DNA of 64,000 nucleotides from Nitrososphaerota archaeon. Its GTDB lineage: Archaea; Thermoproteota; Nitrososphaeria_A; Caldarchaeales; Caldarchaeaceae. Under the pieces are notes generated by a model. It was not told the DNA's origin. It searched no databases and worked only from the letters and a program-made list of their open reading frames with translations. Position numbers and translations under genes: made by a program. The DNA is taken from contig JBEPYN010000002.1 of assembly GCA_041641305.1 (NCBI GenBank), forward strand, positions 384,001 to 448,000, written 5' to 3'. Shown here piece by piece: positions 45,126 to 53,989 of the stretch; the stretch's first letter is position 1; each line of letters starts with the position of its first letter.

Positions 45126-45262
45126 CTGTCAACAAGTTGACAGCTCGGGCCCTATTAACTACTTATATGGAACTTTATGTCAAGCCTGTCAACTTGTTGA
45201 CAAAACCCATGGAATATAAGTAGCTACAAATGAAATTTGTGGGACTGTCAACATGTTGACAG
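45126..45262. repeat. Cluster of three GTCAACWWGTTGAC palindromes; direct repeat of part of the 26-kb cluster
   Basis: Copies at 45128, 45188, 45247; 45163-45202 matches 26225-26264 at 39/40. Confidence 0.92.
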
Positions 45263-45359
45263 CAGTTAACCACAACCACCATTATAGGTTCGGCCTCCAT
45301 ACTTTTCACCACGGTCGGATTCGACTACGCTGTCACCCGGTTGAGGTTCATAGACCATG

Positions 45360-46151
45360 CTACCTCGTTGGCGGCTTTCTGCGACTCATTATCGACAGTA
45401 CGGTTAGCGCCTGTCTCATGTCTCCCTGAGAGTATCTTGCAACTCTTAACACGTCTCTGGCGCTCCTGAACCCGTTGCTCCACATGGTTCTTCCCAAATT
45501 TCTCGCCGAATACTCGTCGAAGCCATACTCGGTGAAAATCCTGACAGCTACTTTCTCGAAGTCTCCTGAATCATACTGAGGCAGGTACAGTATCATGAAC
45601 CTATCCAGAACCTCGGCGGGAATCTTCTCAAGGTAGTTGGCAGTCGCTATGACAGTTGCGAGACATGTCCGGTCAGCCTCGATGTTTCCCTTCAAAACGC
45701 TTATCCGACCGGTCTGCATCAAGCTAAGCAGCACGTCATAGTCGGTCTTAGCCATTTTATCGAGCTCGTCTATCAGAACCAGCTCAACCCTCTCCCCCGC
45801 TTCCAGCAGCTTGTTGCGGAGTCCTGCTTTGCTGACCTGGCTGCCGAGCAGAAACAGCCTGTTCTCCGCTGGAACCTCTTTCTCAACCGATAGAATAAGC
45901 ATTGTCTTGGCTATGCCGGGCGGGCCGGCGAGCAGCACATGTATCCTATAATCTCTTCCAGTAAGCTTGGTGCGCCTCATCATCTCGATGCTGCGCTCCA
46001 GCACCACTTTTACGTCGTCTAATCCCTCGACCATCCTAAAGTTGTCCCCCTCATAACGTATCTGAAGATGAGGCAGGGTGCTGGCTCCTGACGCTGGGGC
46101 ATCCTTGTCAGCTTTCCTACCTTTCCTGAGGAAGTCAAATAGCGGCGGCAT
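45360..46151 (-). CDS. Minimal MCM-like AAA+ ATPase (no N-terminal Zn/OB domain)
   Basis: HVLLAGPPGIAKT, GSQVSKAGL, LIDELDKM, MQTGRISVLKG, TVIATAN, LDRF and SARD parallel MCM motifs GDPGTAKS, GKGSSAAGL, IDEFDKM, MEQQTISIAKAG, AAAN, LSRFD and T.R. Confidence 0.72.
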   Translation of the reverse strand: MPPLFDFLRKGRKADKDAPASGASTLPHLQIRYEGDNFRMVEGLDDVKVVLERSIEMMRRTKLTGRDYRIHVLLAGPPGIAKTMLILSVEKEVPAENRLFLLGSQVSKAGLRNKLLEAGERVELVLIDELDKMAKTDYDVLLSLMQTGRISVLKGNIEADRTCLATVIATANYLEKIPAEVLDRFMILYLPQYDSGDFEKVAVRIFTEYGFDEYSARNLGRTMWSNGFRSARDVLRVARYSQGDMRQALTVLSIMSRRKPPTR

Positions 46152-46737
46152 AGACGACCTCCTCCACGTCTAACACCTCCTTTCCGACAAGCGTGTCCAC
46201 GGATTTCTCCAGATATACGGTCAGGTATCTACCGCTTCTGCTGGTTCTGAGGACGACCGCCGGGTCAAGAGTCTGACCAAAATACCCCCTTAGCTGCCAC
46301 GACGTGATGAGCACCGTCGCGCCCTGCCCGGTCAGAGAGCGGATAAAGTGGTTGAAGACGGCGTGTTTCTCACGCGCGTAGCCCGGGTTCTCGAGGTATA
46401 GCAGGTGGAACGGGGCTGAGGCGCTGTCTACAACCACGAGGACTAGAGGAGGGTTTAGGTAACGGAGTCTGCTGTTTATCTCTGCGAGCTTCTCTAGGAA
46501 CGGGTTAACCTCGTGGCACTCGTAGTAAGCGACGCCCTTTGGAGGCGATGTAATCTTCGACTCCGTGTCGAGGTAGAAGACCACGCCTCCCCGCGAAGAA
46601 AACAGCTTAGAAGACGCTATGCAGATGCTTGTCTTGAGGCTGGCTGGAGGGCCGTAGACGATGTTAACCCTTCCTACGGCCCATCCGCCCGGCAGTAGAT
46701 TGTCCAGCTTCTCTATTCCCGTCGGAATCCTGAGCAA
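46135..46737 (-). CDS. Short RecA/RadB/KaiC-fold ATPase (degenerate Walker A)
   Basis: IPTGIEKLDNLLPGG, YGPPASLKT, YLDTE, VVVDS. Confidence 0.8.
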   Translation of the reverse strand: MLRIPTGIEKLDNLLPGGWAVGRVNIVYGPPASLKTSICIASSKLFSSRGGVVFYLDTESKITSPPKGVAYYECHEVNPFLEKLAEINSRLRYLNPPLVLVVVDSASAPFHLLYLENPGYAREKHAVFNHFIRSLTGQGATVLITSWQLRGYFGQTLDPAVVLRTSRSGRYLTVYLEKSVDTLVGKEVLDVEEVVYAAAI

Positions 46738-47632
46738 CCGCAGCCTCCTCCTCGCTCAATAGCCTCCTCCTCATCTCGCTCTCCAGAGGCATGGGCTTCG
46801 CGCCGTCGACGGGCACTAGGCCCTTTTCCGTGAGCCTCATGTAAATGCCTATGTTGTCAGGCTTCTCACGATGCGCCTCGACGACGAAGAACCTGAGGTC
46901 TCCCTGAAGCCTCCATATCCTCGCTATGACCTTGGCTATGTAGCCTAGAAACCGGCCGCCGATATAATCCTCGCCATATGTTCCTAAGACGATGTCAACA
47001 TCCCTTATATCTACAATCCCTTTCCTCGCCGACTTCTCCAGCTCCCGGATTTGGTGCTGTTCGAAAGCCTTCTTCGCCTTCGAGGCGCTCCACGAAGTGA
47101 AGATTATGCAGGCCCCTGTCTGGGAAGCGTAGTTCAGCAACGTCTTGGCCTCCAGCTCAAGCTTCCCCATTAGCTCGCGGGCGATGCTGCCGACATGCTC
47201 CGGCGGAGCGCCCATGACGCGCTGGTGATAGTGCCATGCAACGGAGTCGACCACATATAGGCCTATGTCATGTGTTTTCCTGAGCTGGTCCCAGTCCTTC
47301 ATTATCACGGCATGCTGTTCAGAGAGCTCGTTCGCCTTGAATATCTGTATCCGCGAGATTATACGGGGTATGTCGGCTTCGTGTACGCCGCTTGCAGAGG
47401 CGAGGTTGTAGAACCTTAGCTGGCTCACGCCGCCGCTTTCTGTGTCGAGGTATAGAACAGCCTTATCCTCATCCATAGCAGTGCGGAGAGCCGCTTGCAT
47501 AGCGAACGTGGTTTTACCCGCTTTCTGGCTACCGTAGACAAGCATGATGCTTGAGCGAGGTATTCCATACATCAGATCGTCGAGGGCCTTGACGCCGGTG
47601 CTCATGTAGAGTTTGCGTATTAGCGCCTCCAT
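46664..47632 (-). CDS. RadA/RadB-family recombinase-like ATPase (no N-terminal HhH domain)
   Basis: STGVKALDDL, YGSQKAGKTT, YLDTE, VVDSV, IGG..L.Y; start placed at ATG 47632 just after the parB stop (track 47686). Confidence 0.82.
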   Translation of the reverse strand: MEALIRKLYMSTGVKALDDLMYGIPRSSIMLVYGSQKAGKTTFAMQAALRTAMDEDKAVLYLDTESGGVSQLRFYNLASASGVHEADIPRIISRIQIFKANELSEQHAVIMKDWDQLRKTHDIGLYVVDSVAWHYHQRVMGAPPEHVGSIARELMGKLELEAKTLLNYASQTGACIIFTSWSASKAKKAFEQHQIRELEKSARKGIVDIRDVDIVLGTYGEDYIGGRFLGYIAKVIARIWRLQGDLRFFVVEAHREKPDNIGIYMRLTEKGLVPVDGAKPMPLESEMRRRLLSEEEAAVAQDSDGNREAGQSTAGRMGRRKG

Positions 47633-47633
47633 T

Positions 47634-48641
47634 TCACGCAGGCCTCCATACATCGCTGTTGGGGAAACCGCATTCAAAGCAGACAACCGCAGAGCCGTGA
47701 GACACGCCGCGGAGCGGGGCTAAGCAGTTGGGGCAGAGCAGGACCTTGATGTGTTGAAACGGTGGGTCGAGAGAGGTTACGGGAACCAGAGCGCTCACGG
47801 GGTCGCCTACACGGGCCCATTCATGAGATAGCTTAGCCGTGCTCTTATCAGGTATTGCGACTCTCGCTTCGGGAGAGGCCAGAATCTCGTGGAGAGGTCT
47901 TGAGTTCTTGGAGCTCTTGAAAACCTTCGGCCTCCAGTCCAGCTTCTCAGCTACGTCTCTTATCGTGGGCTGGGCCTCGCTGGCCTGTTCATCGGGTCTG
48001 GAGTCGGCCTCCTTGTCGGGTTTTTTGCCGATTTCGCCGAGCTTCTTGAGGACGCGGGCGGCCTCGCGCGCAATCTTCTTTGAGACCTGCTTTTTCTCTT
48101 GGCCTCCCCCGCCCCCCGCCTTGTCCACGCCGCCAGCCTCTTTATTCTCAGGCTCCCTCTTCTTTCTGCCGTCGACGACCTCTATGTCGTCGGATATATC
48201 TATCCCGGCGTAGAAAAGCACCCGCCTTATCTCCTCATGGGAGACTCCAAGTAGCGCGGCTGCGGCTCTATACGAGCCAGCAACCTGACGGGCTTTCTGG
48301 TATACCGCAGCCTTCTCATGCTCATTAAGGGTTTTCTGCGTCACGTTCTCGGTAAAACTGGTAACCAGAGCCTTCTTGTCATTATATTTTACCACCTTGC
48401 AGGGCACCTCATTCCAGCCGAGGGCTCTGAGAGCATATAGCCTGCGGGAGCCGCAGATTACTCCATATTTGCCGTTTTCAAGGGGCCTCACGATGAGCGG
48501 GTTAAGCAGCCCAACCTCTTTTATGCTCTCCATAAGGTTGGAGACATCTCCTATGTCCACCCGAACATTCATCGGGTCCGGGGTCAGCTTATCTATCGGA
48601 ATCTTTTCCTGGACTATTTCCTCCTTTTTTTCCTCGCCCAT
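47634..48641 (-). CDS. parB: ParB/Srx-family partition protein with HTH and C-terminal Zn finger
   Basis: IPIDKL.P...NVR, LMESIKEVGLLNPLIVR, CGSRRLYAL, TEN, HTH SYRAAAALLGVSHEEIRR, CPNC...CFEC. Confidence 0.88.
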   Translation of the reverse strand: MGEEKKEEIVQEKIPIDKLTPDPMNVRVDIGDVSNLMESIKEVGLLNPLIVRPLENGKYGVICGSRRLYALRALGWNEVPCKVVKYNDKKALVTSFTENVTQKTLNEHEKAAVYQKARQVAGSYRAAAALLGVSHEEIRRVLFYAGIDISDDIEVVDGRKKREPENKEAGGVDKAGGGGGQEKKQVSKKIAREAARVLKKLGEIGKKPDKEADSRPDEQASEAQPTIRDVAEKLDWRPKVFKSSKNSRPLHEILASPEARVAIPDKSTAKLSHEWARVGDPVSALVPVTSLDPPFQHIKVLLCPNCLAPLRGVSHGSAVVCFECGFPNSDVWRPA

Positions 48642-48730
48642 CCTTACATCACTTCCTCATAAAAGATGTATTTAACCAGAGAAGGCCCTGAAAGTGCGGA
48701 CACCATTAACCAGTTATAAGCAACATTTCC

Positions 48731-48746
48731 TGTCAACATGTTGACA
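48731..48746. repeat. Palindrome copy 90 bp upstream of parB (TGTCAACATGTTGACA)
   Basis: Perfect 16-mer in the hel308-parB intergenic gap. Confidence 0.9.
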
Positions 48747-48753
48747 CCCAGAA

Positions 48754-50808
48754 TCAGCCAACACCTCTCCTCGAAGCCTCGACAATCCTAGCCGCGACCG
48801 CTGCACCTATCAGCGGTATTTTCTCCAGCCGCTCGACGCCTGCCGCGGCCACGTCGGCGATGCTCCGGATGCCTGCGTTGTAGAGGGCCCTAGCCCTAAC
48901 CCTGCCGATGCCCGGCAGCGAGCATAGCGGCAGCAGCTCCTCCCTGACACCGTGCTTGATTCTCTCGGAAAGAATGAGAAACACCTTTGACGCCTGACGT
49001 CGTCCGACCATTACGGCAAGCTCAGAAGCCGCCTGAGCTATCCACGAGCCAGACTCGCTTAGGACATGGATGTCCCCCGGCGCGGCGCCAAACCTGCTAC
49101 CTATAGTGGCCTCGCTAATCTCCTCAATCCACGCCTTGAGGACGCTGGCCTTTGCGATGGCTGGGCCGTCGAAGTCGTCGTAGTCCCTGAACCAGTCGAG
49201 GGCAGGCTGTATATGGGATAGAAGCTCGATGTCGGGTGTGGAGCAGATGGTCAGGAGAGCAACGTCGTCAGCCTTCGGACCTGCTTTCTCAACATCCTCA
49301 AGCCTCGAAAGGATTATGCGGGCCGACAGCGGGTCGATGTAGAGGTCTGCAACCCTCTTGCCGAGTCGGGTAGCCGCCCACCCACCTTTCTCATGCTTGA
49401 TGAACTTAGCCGCCTCGAGGTATGAGACGGCGCTCTCCACCTTATCCATCAAGCCACGCTCCTGTCTATATGCCAGAGTCCTCTCGAAGAAAGTTGTCAG
49501 CTCTTGGTGACCCGAGTAGCCGCTCGCCACGAGGCCGAGGATGTGGAACCTCAGCCTCCTCTGGTCAGGCAATGTGCTCACAACCGGCTCAAGCTCCCCG
49601 TTGACATACCTCTGCAGAAACGCGCTCCTCTGCCTAGAGTTCTTGGCGACTATCACTGCGAGCCCCTCTCTATCGAACCCCGGCCTACCAGCCCTGCCGG
49701 CTAGCTGCTTATACTCCATGACAGTCATGTCCTCGGCGCCCCTCTTAACATCAGGCACTATGACCGCGCGGGCGGGGAGGTTTACGCCCGCGGCAAGTGT
49801 TGGCGTCGCGACTATGGTCTTTAGAAGCCCTTTCCTGAATCCGCTCTCGACAGCGGCCCTCTGCTGAGGCGATAGGCCGGCATGGTGGAAAGCCGCTCCC
49901 TGCCTGATGCAGCGGGCGAGACGTGATGAGAAGTCGCCTCCGTCGTAAACCTCCTCAGCCAGAGAAGCTAGATGCTCAGCCCCGCTGCAGAAAGGCCTGA
50001 GGGCTGATGCGATGCTCTCCGCCAAGCTCTCCGCCACTCTCCTGCTCGAGGCAAAAACCAGAGCCTGGCCACCCTCTGAAACAGTTTTCAGGACAAGGTT
50101 TTTCACAGGGTCGCCGCTCAGCCTCGGCAGCTTCTCAGTAGAGCCGTCGGCGTAGTGGAGCTCGTCTCTATCATGCTGGTACACGGCCTCCTTGAGCGGG
50201 ACAGGTCTCCAGCTAGTGGCCACCACGTCAGCGCCCGCGAAGTCGGCAAGCTCCTCAACATTTCTGATTGTGGCGCTGAGTAGAAGGAGCTGGGCGCCGG
50301 GAAGCTCGGCGAGTATGCGGGTCACAAGCATCTCAAGCGTCGAGCCCCTCTCCTCGGCTGCAATCAAGTGTACCTCGTCCACGACCGCGAGCGACACAGA
50401 CTTTACCCACGAGGCTTTGTGTCTGAGGACGCTGTCCATCTTCTCATTGGTCGAGACGATGATGTCGTAGCCGCTTAGCCACTCTTCTGGCTGGTCATAG
50501 TCCCTGCTTACGGCGGCAACCCTGTAGCCTTCTCCGAAAAGCTCCTCGAAATACTGCCTCTTCTCACTCGTTATAGCTCTCAACGGAGTGAGGTAAACCA
50601 CCTTGCCTCCTTTCTCCAAATGCTTAGACGCCGCCAGCGCGGCTAGCAAAGTTTTTCCGCTCGCCGTAGGAGTCGCCACCAACAGGTTGCGTCCGTCGAG
50701 CAGCCCCTTAGAGACCGCCTCGGCCTGAGGCGGGTAGAGCTGCTTGATACCCATGGACGTCAACTTCTCAGCCAAGTAACGGGGGATAGGGAGCTCGCTC
50801 ACCATCAA
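48754..50808 (-). CDS. hel308: Ski2-like SF2 DNA helicase Hel308/Hjm
   Basis: LYPPQ, TPTASGKT, DEVH, LSAT, FHHAGL, TLAAGVNLPA, QLAGRAGRPG, LYIDP, C-terminal HhH PGIGRVRARAL. Confidence 0.93.
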   Translation of the reverse strand: MMVSELPIPRYLAEKLTSMGIKQLYPPQAEAVSKGLLDGRNLLVATPTASGKTLLAALAASKHLEKGGKVVYLTPLRAITSEKRQYFEELFGEGYRVAAVSRDYDQPEEWLSGYDIIVSTNEKMDSVLRHKASWVKSVSLAVVDEVHLIAAEERGSTLEMLVTRILAELPGAQLLLLSATIRNVEELADFAGADVVATSWRPVPLKEAVYQHDRDELHYADGSTEKLPRLSGDPVKNLVLKTVSEGGQALVFASSRRVAESLAESIASALRPFCSGAEHLASLAEEVYDGGDFSSRLARCIRQGAAFHHAGLSPQQRAAVESGFRKGLLKTIVATPTLAAGVNLPARAVIVPDVKRGAEDMTVMEYKQLAGRAGRPGFDREGLAVIVAKNSRQRSAFLQRYVNGELEPVVSTLPDQRRLRFHILGLVASGYSGHQELTTFFERTLAYRQERGLMDKVESAVSYLEAAKFIKHEKGGWAATRLGKRVADLYIDPLSARIILSRLEDVEKAGPKADDVALLTICSTPDIELLSHIQPALDWFRDYDDFDGPAIAKASVLKAWIEEISEATIGSRFGAAPGDIHVLSESGSWIAQAASELAVMVGRRQASKVFLILSERIKHGVREELLPLCSLPGIGRVRARALYNAGIRSIADVAAAGVERLEKIPLIGAAVAARIVEASRRGVG

Positions 50809-51461
50809 TCAGCAACCACCTCGGGCTTTGACCATCCCAGCTCCGGAAGCTCCGTGACCTCAACCATCCTAGCGTCTACGCTTTCGCCGGGTAGGAATGA
50901 GAGGACCCTGGCGTATAGGTTGCCCAGCATGTCCCTAGAGAGAGACACCACCTCGCCGACGTAGTAGGTTCTGCCACCGCATTCAAGCCCTCCTACCCCG
51001 ACCCTACACGGGCCCACGAATACTTCATGGCTGTATGCATCCCTCCAGAAAACGATAGGGCGCCCCTTCCCACCGCATTCCTGACAGGGGGAGCTGCCTT
51101 GAAGCCCTGTCTCGAGATAGGTGCCGCAGCTTCTGCACCTCATTGACCAGAGGCAGGGCAGCCGCCGCCAGATGCTCGGCTTCCCGCGGAAATGTTTAAC
51201 GAGGTCGTACTCCTTGCTGCTTATGAGGAGCCACAGGGCACCGTCCCTGTCGACATACGCCCGCTCCAGCTCGTATAGAGGAAGCCCGAGCACCGGCTGT
51301 ACACCGTAAGAGGCCAGCCTCTCCCTCATCCTACGCCCCTTCACCACGAAGTCCACATAGGTGACTCTATGCATCCATGAGGTGAACGGCCCTACCATGA
51401 AGCGACCCAGCCTAGCCACTTTCCTCCACCCCGCTGTCAACATGTTGACGGCTTTCCTCAC
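50805..51461 (-). CDS. Hypothetical protein with a Cys4 zinc-finger-like motif
   Basis: CRSCG...CQECGG; overlaps both neighbours. Confidence 0.6.
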   Translation of the reverse strand: MRKAVNMLTAGWRKVARLGRFMVGPFTSWMHRVTYVDFVVKGRRMRERLASYGVQPVLGLPLYELERAYVDRDGALWLLISSKEYDLVKHFRGKPSIWRRLPCLWSMRCRSCGTYLETGLQGSSPCQECGGKGRPIVFWRDAYSHEVFVGPCRVGVGGLECGGRTYYVGEVVSLSRDMLGNLYARVLSFLPGESVDARMVEVTELPELGWSKPEVVAD

Positions 51462-53658
51462 CGGCTCCCTCGGCTATCGACTCTGAGAAGGCTATCACCC
51501 TCTCAGCCAAGCTTATCAAGAGCTCGGCGGCGTCAGCCATCCTCTTCCTATCCTCCTCCGAAACCGGTTGACCATCTGCCGCCTGTTTCGACAGTCTCTT
51601 CGCCTCTATGTTGGCGGCATAGAGACGCCTAGCCTCCTCCTCGGATATCTTCACCAGCCCCTTTTCCGCGGCTTTTTCCGCGAGGTCTGGTAGATGCCCC
51701 TTCTCCACGCCTGTCAAAGCTTTGAGAGCCGATACAGCGGCTTTGTAGGCTATACCGACCGCGGTCACGCTGTCGCCTCTAAGCAGCCTCATCCTAGCCC
51801 TCTCGACCAGCCTCATGGATTCGCTGAAGTCCCCATCCTTAGTCTTCTCAGTTACCTGCCGCGAGAAGGCTGAAAGCCCTGTCTGTAAACCAGCAGAAGG
51901 CTGCGGAGGCTGCTGCTCCTGCTCGCCCGACACATGCTTCTCCGTCCTCGACTCCCAGTCCTTGATGGCGTGTTCTCCCAAGCTGGTGAGTCCAAGCACC
52001 CCGGCTGGGTCTCTGACGGCGTAGCCTTTTTCCAGCAATAGAGCAAGTACCCTCTTAGCCCCCTCCCCGGCGTAGCTTTCAACAGCGTCGTCGGTGGGGG
52101 TCTGCAGCCTCTTAACAGCTTTCAACACCCTGTAGCCTGTTTCAGCCAAATCGCCGAGCTCCGCGTAAAGCAACGTGTCCCTAAAAGCCGCTAGAAGATG
52201 CTCCCTCAGGAGCTGCGCATCCCTCTCAGCCTCTTTCCCCAGTGCCTCGAGGTCAGCGACAGGGACGGAAAGCAGCTCTCCCTCGAACACAGCCGGCCCC
52301 TTCCCCGCAATGGCTCTGGTGTAGACCAGAGCATGTCCAACAGGCATCTCAGCAGGGTTAACCTCCAGACCCACCCTCTCAGCCAACGCCCTCCTTACAT
52401 GCGACGGGCCCCGGGTCACGATATAGGTGTCAGCGAGATCCATCAGCTCTGGAGCCAATAGCCCGGTCGATGAAACCATCACGAACCCCGTGCCCCTCAT
52501 CCTCTCAACAGCCTTTATGGTCCTTAGCCATACATGTCTAGCGTCGTATGGAAGTATCTGAAGCTCCGGAAGCCCGAGCTCGGCGCTGTCGAAAACAACA
52601 ACGCAGCCCGGGAAGAGGTTCGCCGACTCGTAGAGCAGGTACATGCCTATGAAGAGCTGGCTCGAGGGGCTTAGGTGGCCGAGGTCGATTACGAGCTGCT
52701 GCCAGTTACCTGAGAAAAGCTTCTCAGGCTCTGGATTTCCTTCGCCGAACAGCGAGGACACCATTCCAAGAGCGTCTTTGAGCCGCGCCGACCCGGTTGG
52801 CCCATACTCTGCCACAAGCTTGTCCACGTCGTCGGGTTTCATCTGGGCCCCGCCGAATTTCTCGAAGAACCTTATCAGCATCCCTGCCTCGGCAGTATCC
52901 AAGCCGGCTGCGACCGCGAGCGGGACCGCGATGTTCTCCGCCCATCTTCTTACGGCAAGCCTGTCGCTGGACGGGGGCTTCAAGATGTTCATCGAAATCT
53001 TCCCGAAACGGATAAGCTTAGCCCTCTCCACAGCCGCCGCCATATACGGCGAACCTATCGATACAATCCTGAGCCCGGCCTTTACAGCCGACCAGATTAC
53101 TGTCCTCGCCGCGATTATAGACTCCTCTCCAAGGACGATGACCCCGCTCCTGAGCGCTGATACGGGTAAGCCGGCTTCCCCGCCTCCAAAGAGCCAGCCT
53201 CTCCCGGTTTTCACCACGGCTATCGGCCCCTTCGGCACATTTTTGGAGAGTTTTCTTGTCTCTCTCACACCAGTCTGCGTCACGGGCCTTGATAGAAGGC
53301 TGGCCCTAGGCCGCGGGTTGCTCCGCCACAGTAGCCTGTTAACCACATAGACGCCGGCGACCCCGCCGACTATGAAGGAGAAAACGGAGGCCGCCAATGG
53401 TGAGGACGATGCTATTGCGAGAGAGATTAGGGCAGCAAGCATGATGGCTATAACAGGCGCGATGATGCCTCTGAGAAGCCCCATGAACGACCTGACGCCG
53501 AAGAAGAGCAGCCAACCGCCCGGGATAAGCATAGCCACGACAAAGATTATGACGAGCCCTATCAGCGTTACAACTGCGATGGAGGCCAGCACAGGCTGCA
53601 TGAACATGAACAGCAGCCCGCCCACTATGAAGCCCGCACCATACTTAATCGTCGACAA
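51412..53658 (-). CDS. Membrane protein with degenerate VirD4/HerA-like ATPase core, wHTH and HEPN/PaREP1-like tail
   Basis: Four N-terminal TMs; no Walker A, but SMNILKP, LVIDLGHL and VVVFDSAE (Walker-B-like); LTSLGE wHTH end; ARMRLLRGD...AYKAAVSALKAL...H. Confidence 0.55.
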   Translation of the reverse strand: MSTIKYGAGFIVGGLLFMFMQPVLASIAVVTLIGLVIIFVVAMLIPGGWLLFFGVRSFMGLLRGIIAPVIAIMLAALISLAIASSSPLAASVFSFIVGGVAGVYVVNRLLWRSNPRPRASLLSRPVTQTGVRETRKLSKNVPKGPIAVVKTGRGWLFGGGEAGLPVSALRSGVIVLGEESIIAARTVIWSAVKAGLRIVSIGSPYMAAAVERAKLIRFGKISMNILKPPSSDRLAVRRWAENIAVPLAVAAGLDTAEAGMLIRFFEKFGGAQMKPDDVDKLVAEYGPTGSARLKDALGMVSSLFGEGNPEPEKLFSGNWQQLVIDLGHLSPSSQLFIGMYLLYESANLFPGCVVVFDSAELGLPELQILPYDARHVWLRTIKAVERMRGTGFVMVSSTGLLAPELMDLADTYIVTRGPSHVRRALAERVGLEVNPAEMPVGHALVYTRAIAGKGPAVFEGELLSVPVADLEALGKEAERDAQLLREHLLAAFRDTLLYAELGDLAETGYRVLKAVKRLQTPTDDAVESYAGEGAKRVLALLLEKGYAVRDPAGVLGLTSLGEHAIKDWESRTEKHVSGEQEQQPPQPSAGLQTGLSAFSRQVTEKTKDGDFSESMRLVERARMRLLRGDSVTAVGIAYKAAVSALKALTGVEKGHLPDLAEKAAEKGLVKISEEEARRLYAANIEAKRLSKQAADGQPVSEEDRKRMADAAELLISLAERVIAFSESIAEGAGEESRQHVDSGVEESG
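51436..51449. repeat. Palindrome copy in the overlap of two CDSs (GTCAACATGTTGAC)
   Basis: Read as VNMLT in one frame and RQHVD in the other. Confidence 0.85.
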
Positions 53659-53989
53659 ACCTCAACCTCCTCGGTTCCCTTCTACTCCCACGTTTAGCCA
53701 ACGACAGGAACGAGACGATGAACACGGTTAGCGGCAGAGAGTATAGCAGCCACGACGGGTTCAGCGCGGCTGTGGCGAGGCTTGAGAAAAGCACCAAGGC
53801 GAAAGCTGTCTTAGCGGATATAAGCCCCTTAGGAGAGTCGTAGTCAGGTTCTCCGCCTGCGGCGCTACGGCCCCTCGGGCGAGGCGGGGCCACCGGCTCA
53901 CGGCCGCCTTGGCTCGCTAAGCTGTCGTAAAGCCCCTGCATAGATATGTAGTCCTCGATATAGTTGTCGTCCTCAGCCACTTCCACCAC
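53645..53989 (-). CDS. Small membrane protein (acidic N-terminus, two C-terminal TMs)
   Basis: Overlaps both neighbours within the T4SS string. Confidence 0.6.
   Translation of the reverse strand: MVEVAEDDNYIEDYISMQGLYDSLASQGGREPVAPPRPRGRSAAGGEPDYDSPKGLISAKTAFALVLFSSLATAALNPSWLLYSLPLTVFIVSFLSLAKRGSRREPRRLRFVDD

Noticed and set aside
45280-45359. GGTTCGG/GATTCGA motifs suggesting a tRNA or att site
   Set aside because: I could not build a cloverleaf or acceptor stem; tRNAscan-SE would settle it.
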